18,460 nucleotides of DNA, taken from the NCBI GenBank assembly GCA_964016885.1, contig CAXHJY010000261.1:1-18460 (forward strand), read 5' to 3'. The position numbers and the translations under genes are program-made. The stretch's first letter is position 1, and each line of letters starts with the position of its first letter. Below, piece after piece: positions 11,067-18,460 of the stretch. The DNA is from Eledone cirrhosa (lineage: Eukaryota). Below the pieces are notes generated by a model. That model searched no databases. It saw only the letters and a list, made by a program, of their open reading frames with translations, and was not told the DNA's origin.

Positions 11067-11217
11067 TGTTTCTACTTTTGGCACAAGGCCAGCAATTATC
11101 CCAGTACATTACTGGTACTTTATTTTATCGACCCCGTAAGGATGAAAGGCAAAGTAAACCTCGCCTTTCATCCTTACGGGGTCGATAAAATAAAGTACCA
11201 GTAATGTACTGGGATAA
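11067..11217 (-). mobile_element. SINE family A 3' fragment with a perfect 55-bp fold-back, flanked by 17-bp direct repeats
   Basis: Arms 11096-11150 and 11163-11217 with a 12-nt spacer; AGTAAAATATTAATAAT at 11050-11066 and 11217-11233. Confidence 0.9.
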
Positions 11218-11414
11218 GTAAAATATTAATAATGACAACAACAACTATAATAATAATTTTAATAATAATAATAATAATGGTTTCTTTCTTTCTTTATTTA
11301 TTTATTTATTTATAATTATAATAATAATAATAATAATATTTGAGGCTGCAGGTAGCGGCTTGATATTCATTTGGATAAACTTTCTAGTTAAATAACATCA
11401 ATGACTGAGACTTC

Positions 11415-11451
<37 letters not shown>

Positions 11452-11452
<1 letters not shown>

Positions 11453-11507
11453 TTTCATTTATTAGCCACAAGGGCCGACATGTAGGGGACAATACAAAGA
11501 CAGGGAC
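11452..11507 (-). mobile_element. second copy of the AATAAA-bearing 3' terminus, embedded in (AAT)n
   Basis: Reverse complement GTCCCTGTCTTTGTATTGTCCCCTACATGTCGGCCCTTGTGGCTAATAAATGAAAT resembles 5742-5787. Confidence 0.6.
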
Positions 11508-11530
11508 AATAATAATAATAATAATAATAA

Positions 11531-11746
11531 TGATTTCTAGTATAGGCACAAGGCCAATAATTTGGGGGTGGGGAAAGTCGATTAAATCGACCCCAGTACG
11601 TTACTGGTACTTTATTTCATCGACCCCGTAAGGATGAAAGGCAAAGTTATCCTCGGCGGGATTTGAACTCAGACCGTAAAAGACCATAACTCTATGCTGC
11701 AAAGCATGGTGTCTGACCCTCTACCGATACTGCCAACCCCCCTCCC

Positions 11747-11747
<1 letters not shown>
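11531..11747 (-). mobile_element. near full-length tRNA-derived SINE (family A) in (AAT)n
   Basis: Minus-strand A box TGGCAGTATCGG and B box GAGTTCAAATCC; core GCCTTTCATCCTTACGGGGTCGAT (Meta-domain-like, from memory); (ATT)n tail. Confidence 0.92.
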
Positions 11748-11807
<60 letters not shown>

Positions 11808-11970
11808 GTAGTATCGAAATAGAAGTACATTTGGCAAACTTGTGTATTTATTTAGAAAAGCAACACAACTATTCACATAACCACGAAGTCTCTCAGTTGC
11901 ATTATATTGAATTAATATTATTGAATTTCCAGTTAACAGTGTAATTTAATTTACTGTATTGTTTTCTTAC

Positions 11971-12045
11971 TTGGTCGTCGTTTCCACCAACTCTTTCTAA
12001 CACGACGCAGTTGTTATTTTTCCGCCATTTATCTCTGATTGACAT
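11971..12045 (-). CDS. candidate start-codon-containing part of a 353-nt exon (11971-12323), MSIRDKWRKNNNCVVLERVGGNDDQ
   Basis: Acceptor ttctcttgtcccCAG| at 12324, no ATG in the 278 nt before the ATG at 12045, and phase-0 donor CAA|GTAAGA at 11970. Confidence 0.45.
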
Positions 12046-12959
12046 TCTTACAAATGTTCCGTTTTCGACAACTTTTTCTGACGGAGGAATTTGGAAGCAG
12101 CCAGTGAATGGCCCCCGTTTTATCTTCTTAGATCCCAGGGAATATATTTCAAGATCGATTTATCTATTAATGATGAGTTAAAATAATTTGCGCAAATCTT
12201 TAGAGATTCTAACTCTCTTTTGGCTTTACAAAGGTCGATAGGATGTTTCAGCTTGTTGAATGAATCAACGTAATTTTGACGTTGTTGTATAAGGAATTAA
12301 TGGCGTTGTCCGCAAGGTGAGATCTGGGGACAAGAGAATTGTGTCGAGAGAAGATTAATTAGTAATATGCCATTATTTCAGTGTTAAGCAACTCAATAGC
12401 AGGAAGAACTTATATCTACTATCAGAAACATTATTTAGAAGATCCATTGTTTGGCCACATCATTAACACTGTATGTCTGTTTGTATGCATGTCAATAACT
12501 ATCTGTCTATCTGTCATTTTACTTATCTTTTTATCTCTCTCTCTCTCTACACACATACACAGAGAAAGGTGGATAGATAAATCAATAGAGTGACATACAT
12601 ACATATATAGATACATACATATATACATATATACTTATATAGACATCAGAAGTGGTTCTTCTAACTCGGTATCTACATTAAAACTCTGAATAAGAACCAT
12701 GAAGTGGCGAAACATTTCTGTATAGGATATGTGTGAATGGGTTGGGCTGTGTATATAACTTCATCTTTAGTTAGGAAATAGCTGCTCGGACACTGAATTG
12801 GTATGAAGAATATGAAGAGCAGAGAAATCTAAATTGAGATATTCAGGTTCGTAGTAAGAACATCAATGACGTATGTGATAGAAAATTATTGCTGCTGCTA
12901 AGAGAAACCATTTCTATAGATCTTTCTGGCATTTTACATCGTCGCCCACATATCATGTA

Positions 12960-13058
12960 AACACACATGTTCACACATACATACATACATACACAGATTC
13001 CTATATGCATGCATATATACATACATTCATACACACACACACACACACTTACACACAT

Positions 13059-13106
<48 letters not shown>

Positions 13107-13119
13107 TTGTATAAATAAG

Positions 13120-13159
<40 letters not shown>

Positions 13160-13166
13160 TATATAT

Positions 13167-13265
<99 letters not shown>

Positions 13266-13312
13266 TGTGTGTGTGTATAAATGTATGTATATGTATATAA
13301 GTATGTATATGC
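12960..13312. repeat. compound (CA)n/(TA)n/(TG)n microsatellite
   Basis: Directly visible. Confidence 0.95.
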
Positions 13313-13789
13313 ATTATTGCACTGATGCAATTGTAGATGAGATATCTCAAGCAAAACCAACGCATTTACATAATTCTGTGGATTTACACCACTGCTATAT
13401 AAGGGCCGAAACACGCGCTTGAGGTGGGAGGGGGGGGGCCTTCTCTGTTGTCCAGCTCTCCTGAGAGTTTCTTACCACTATTGTATCCTATTGTTCAGGT
13501 CAGGCTTCTGTCCAACTATTTCGAAACAGTTTTCTATCTGCCTGCTTTCACTCATCACACAATGTGTGTGTCTTTCCGTGCCTGTACAACCCTATAATGT
13601 TTATAAATGTATAATTCGTTAAACACACGCATGTATCTCAATGTCTGTATTACTATTTGTACAATTTAATTGCCGTCATTTTGTTTCTCGAATTGTTAAT
13701 AAGAGTTTAAATTTCGTTAATTTTTGAAATTATTCTCTAACATGCGATTGAGAACAGAGCTTTATTGTTTCTGAATTTGCATAATTGTA

Positions 13790-13988
13790 CGAGAGTAGAC
13801 TGAAAAGTTCATAGGATGACTATGAAAGAGTGATGCTAGAGCTGTGAAATCTTGCATGCATTAATTTCAACTCTTCTTATTAATAACTGCATTGTTTCTT
13901 TCTAGGGATTATTTTGAATAATAAACCCCATTTTGGTCATTCTATGAGAGTATCTTAGTCAGCCTGTGAACCTTTCAGACGACCTTGG
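13790..13988. mobile_element. non-autonomous Tc1/mariner element (MITE)
   Basis: 33-bp terminal inverted repeats matching at 25/33 (CGAGAGTAGACTGAAAAGTTCATAGGATGACTA vs CCAAGGTCGTCTGAAAGGTTCACAGGCTGACTA); TA on both sides (13788-89, 13989-90); no coding capacity. Confidence 0.85.
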
Positions 13989-14542
13989 TATGTTTGACAA
14001 ATTTATTTCTCGTATATCAAAACAACTTCTTGCTAATTCATTTTAAAGTAGTTTGATATATGAATATTAATAAAAATATTAGTAACATTAATACTATTTG
14101 TTGAATTTTAACTTCTAATTTGAAATGATAAAATTTGACTTCAGTTTTCCCAACCTGCAATCTGTAAAAAACAATTGTTTAAAAATTGCAGGTTTAAATT
14201 GTTATCATTTTCTTCGACGACACGACCAAAAACAAAAACAAAAAAACAATATCGAAATATTTTTGTAGAAATAAAATCTGGTAGCACGAGATAAGGTTAT
14301 TTCAATATTGATTACGTCTATTTGAAGATGAAAGTGTTTATAATTTGAAAAAACAAAATCTCTGCAAATCTTTCCCCCCAACTGCTTAACTACAAATCTA
14401 AGAACATTTCCTCACGTTGTTTTCTCCTGTTACTAAGCAGAACAATTCATGAATGATGAGAAAAAAGATTCAGAGACACAAATCTCTAAAAGACATTTTA
14501 TGAAAGCTAAAATATTTATAAATAATCACAGTTTAATATATT

Positions 14543-14754
14543 GGTTTCTGATTCAGGTACAAGGCCAACAATGTTTTGTTGGGGGAGGGGAAAATCGATT
14601 AAATCGAATCAGTGCGTTACTGGTACTTTATTTTATCGACCTCGTAAGGATGAAAGGCAAAGCTAACCTCTGTGGGATTTGAACTCAGTATATAAAGGAC
14701 CGTAACTCTATGCCGCAAAGCATGGTGTCTGACGCTCTACCGACTTTGCTAATC
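14543..14754 (-). mobile_element. tRNA-derived SINE (family A)
   Basis: Colinear with 11531-11747, including the B box and core. Confidence 0.9.
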
Positions 14755-14763
14755 TAACAATAG

Positions 14764-14858
14764 TGGTACTTTGTTCTATCGACCCCGTAAGTATGAAAGT
14801 CAAAGCAAACCTCTGTGGGATTTGAACTCAGATCATAAAGGGATGTAACTATATGCTG
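14764..14858 (-). mobile_element. partial adjacent copy of SINE family A
   Basis: Repeats TGGTACTT...ATCGACCCCGTAAG...AACCTCTGTGGGATTTGAACTCAG. It shares the CTCTGTGGG variant with the neighbouring copy, which suggests local duplication. Confidence 0.85.
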
Positions 14859-14909
14859 TTACTACAGTAATGGCAACTAATCATGGATTTGCAACTGCTT
14901 TAGCTGGCA

Positions 14910-15540
14910 ATGAATTGTCAAAGTCGGTAGAGCGTCGGACTAATGCTTAGCAACAACATTTGTTCCGGCTCTTTATGTTCTGAGTCCAAATACCGCCACA
15001 ATAAGCTTTATCTTTCAGCGTTCTATCTAATCTAATCTGGCCGAGTTTACACATGTAAATAGAAGAACCAGGGCCACCCCTAGGAGCATTGGACCTGGTG
15101 TACTTCATATTTGTTTCAGTTGCTGAATACAATCAGGGGTCGCTGCTTCTCCTGAAGGTCAATAGTTCTCTTCTAACTCGAGCGGGAGCGCCTTTCCATT
15201 GTCAATTTGCATTGATCATCTGCAAAGCCGCATTGTTCTCAGAACCACTACACCAGTCTTTCTATGTGTGCAGCTGGAACTACTGCCACCCATTGATTTG
15301 GCAGGATTGCAACTCATTTCTACAGCTGAGTAAACTGGAGCAACGTGAAATAAAGTGTGTTGTTAAGTACACAACACATCACCCGGTCCGAGAATCGAAC
15401 TCACAACCTTTCGATTGCAAGCCCAATGCTCTAACCACTAAGCCATGCGCCTTCAGCCTTCTAGAGATTGATAAACATAAAGCTCCTCTCCTTCCACAGC
15501 CACAAATTTCTGGCCTTGTGCCTAAACCAGAAACCATTAC
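14910..15540 (+). mobile_element. older family-A-like SINE split into 14910-15025 and 15452-15540
   Basis: 5' part AGTCGGTAGAGCGTCGGAC...TTCTGAGTCCAAATACCGCC; 3' part GATTGATAAA...CTGGCCTTGTGCCTAAACCAGAAACC. Confidence 0.75.
15026..15451 (-). mobile_element. full-length tRNA-derived CORE-type SINE (OR2-like, from memory) nested in the previous SINE
   Basis: Minus-strand A box TGGCTTAGTGG and B box GAGTTCGATTC; CORE-like CACTTTATTTCACGTTGCTCCAGTTTACTCAGCTGTAGAAATGAG; (AGATT)n tail; TSD TTCAGC(G/C)TTCTA at 15014-15025 and 15452-15463. Confidence 0.88.
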
Positions 15541-15729
15541 TATACTAACTTTAAGGAGAAATTATGTTATAACCGCCATGATTTTTTTTACCAGTAAAAT
15601 AATTATAACTAGTTATGTTAGTTAAGTAAAAGAAGGAATTAATATATATTAAACTACATTACAGATAATTATGGTGATCGATAATATTGATATTGAATAA
15701 GACTAATGATTGCAGTAACACTGAGGTTG

Positions 15730-16452
15730 GTGATGACGACATTGACAATGACGATGATGATGATGATGATGATAATGATGATGGTTTATGATGAGAATGA
15801 TGACGATTATGATGGTGATGATTATGATGATGATGATGATGATGATGGTTTATGATGAGAATGATGACGATTATGATGGTGATGATTATGATGATGATGA
15901 TGATGGTTTATGGTGTGGATGGTGATGGCTATGATGGTTTATAATGATGTAGGTGGTGATGATAAAGATGACGGCGATTATGATGATGATGGTGATGGTT
16001 ATGATTATGACGATGGTGATGATGACGATGATGACGACGATGATGATGATTATAATGGTGATGATTATGATGATGGTTATGATAATGTAGTTGGTGATGA
16101 TAAAGATGATGGTGATTATGAGGGTGATGATGATGGTGATTATGATGGTGATGGTGAGGATGATGATGATGACGATGATGATGATGATGGCGATGACGAC
16201 GATGATAATAATGATGATTATGATAATAAAATGAGTGAGGATGTTAATGATGTTGGCAGTGGTAGTGTTGTTGTTGGTGGTGGTGATGGTGATGTTAATG
16301 ACACTTGGATGATGGTGGTGGTGGTGGTGATGTTAATGACACTTGGATGATGGTGGTGGTGGTGGTGATGTTAATGACTCTGTGGTGGTGGTGGTGGTGG
16401 TGGTGGTAGTGATGTTTTGTTGTTGTTGATGATATTGTTGTTTATGTTATTG
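15730..16452. repeat. (GAT)n/(GGT)n/(GTT)n low-complexity tract with higher-order duplications
   Basis: A ~63-bp unit is duplicated at ~15778-15905 and a 38-bp unit GATGTTAATGACACTTGGATGATGGTGGTGGTGGTGGT is repeated at 16291-16378. Confidence 0.93.
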
Positions 16453-17075
16453 TTACTCTAGAAGGCAACATCGTAAATATTGAAGCAATTTTTATTGCCA
16501 TCTTCGTTAATAGTCATATTTTCCATTTTTATATCGATTTCCTGGTGACAGGAATAGAGTGCTGCATGCTGTGTGAAGAGAGACTAGCTTACAAATAGTT
16601 AATAAAACGGTGAAAGATCCAGGAACCGAATTCGCATCAGCGCCATAGATTTTAAGTCAGTATATTTTGAGAAAAAAAACTCTACTGCTAACACGTTGTA
16701 TCAAAAGAATACGAAGTATTGTTATCTTTTTTTTTTACTAATTACAAGAACAATCTAAAATATCTTTGTGTCGTCACTAATGCTTCGTCTTCTTCGCAGT
16801 TTGAAACCATTACAGGGTTGTACGACAATTGATGCTACGATTATTTAAGTTCCTGTCAGAATATTCGCACCAATCATGGTACTTATCTATGTCGATGACA
16901 ATAACATATCAATCTCTCTGATACAGTATTATATATTTCGAAATGTCGTTCATTTTGAATTGAAGCGAAGCTAATTGAACAATATATATTTCAACATGAT
17001 ATTTCAGGGTTAATCCCCTCTTGTCAAATGTGGAGCTGAAACAGTTCCAAGTGGACAATATATATTTCAGCTGAA

Positions 17076-17160
17076 CATATGGTTACGTGGTTGAGAAGTC
17101 TGCTTCGCTATCAATTGATTCTAGGCTCAATTTCACAGCAGCATTCTTTGATCAAGTGAT
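17076..17160 (+). mobile_element. degenerate 5' fragment of the SINE family seen at 708-862
   Basis: TGGTTACGTGGTTGAGAAGTCTGCTTC...GGCTCAATTTCACAGC...TTGATCAAGTG resembles the recalled tRNA-like head. Confidence 0.5.
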
Positions 17161-17329
17161 CAAATGTCTTCCAACGCAGTGGAACTCTCCGTTGAAATGG
17201 CAAGAGCTCAGCCGTCTGTATCCCGACATTTTATAATATAACACAAATAGGAACTAACTATAAGGTTATATCAAACACGTATATTAAATGAAATGATTTA
17301 AGAACTTTTATCCGTCATCTTAATTTGTT

Positions 17330-18312
<983 letters not shown>

Positions 18313-18460
18313 ATAGTTATTGGGGCGGTTTGTATAATATAATTTTATTTTATTTTATTATTGTCTGCTTCATGGTTAAATATTTCAAACAAATGTGGTT
18401 CTTCAACCCTCGTAATATTAGACACGATTTACTGTTTCTTACTACATATATTATTATTAT

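Noticed and set aside
15375-15451. tRNA-like sequence on the minus strand
   Set aside because: It is the head of a SINE with body, tail and TSD, not a stand-alone tRNA gene.
15089-15625. 178-aa ORF
   Set aside because: It is mostly an antisense reading of the nested SINE.
15910-16350. 146-aa Asp/Gly-rich ORF resembling an acidic biomineral protein
   Set aside because: It lies wholly within a (GAT)n tract that continues out of frame upstream; there is no signal peptide or splice context.

Overview
This is AT-rich, microsatellite-dense eukaryotic DNA, most likely intronic or intergenic sequence from an octopus (coleoid cephalopod). That assignment is an inference from recalled SINE consensus sequences and the repeat landscape. 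Nearly all ORFs in the supplied track are translations of simple repeats. Supported content: two fragments of one RTE-group (RTE/Proto2-like) LINE in inverted orientation, one of them a 5'-inverted insertion splitting a SINE; about eight tRNA-derived SINE copies from three families, two with clear target-site duplications (TSDs) and one nested in another; and a mariner-type MITE. There are also two diverged copies of a short repeat carrying most of a hammerhead-ribozyme fold, and four long fold-back palindromes. Several minus-strand exon candidates (a 5'UTR plus start exon, a 147-nt exon and a 15/21-nt micro-exon) suggest a minus-strand host gene that I cannot identify or fully join. No prokaryotic-type system (CRISPR, operon) is present.
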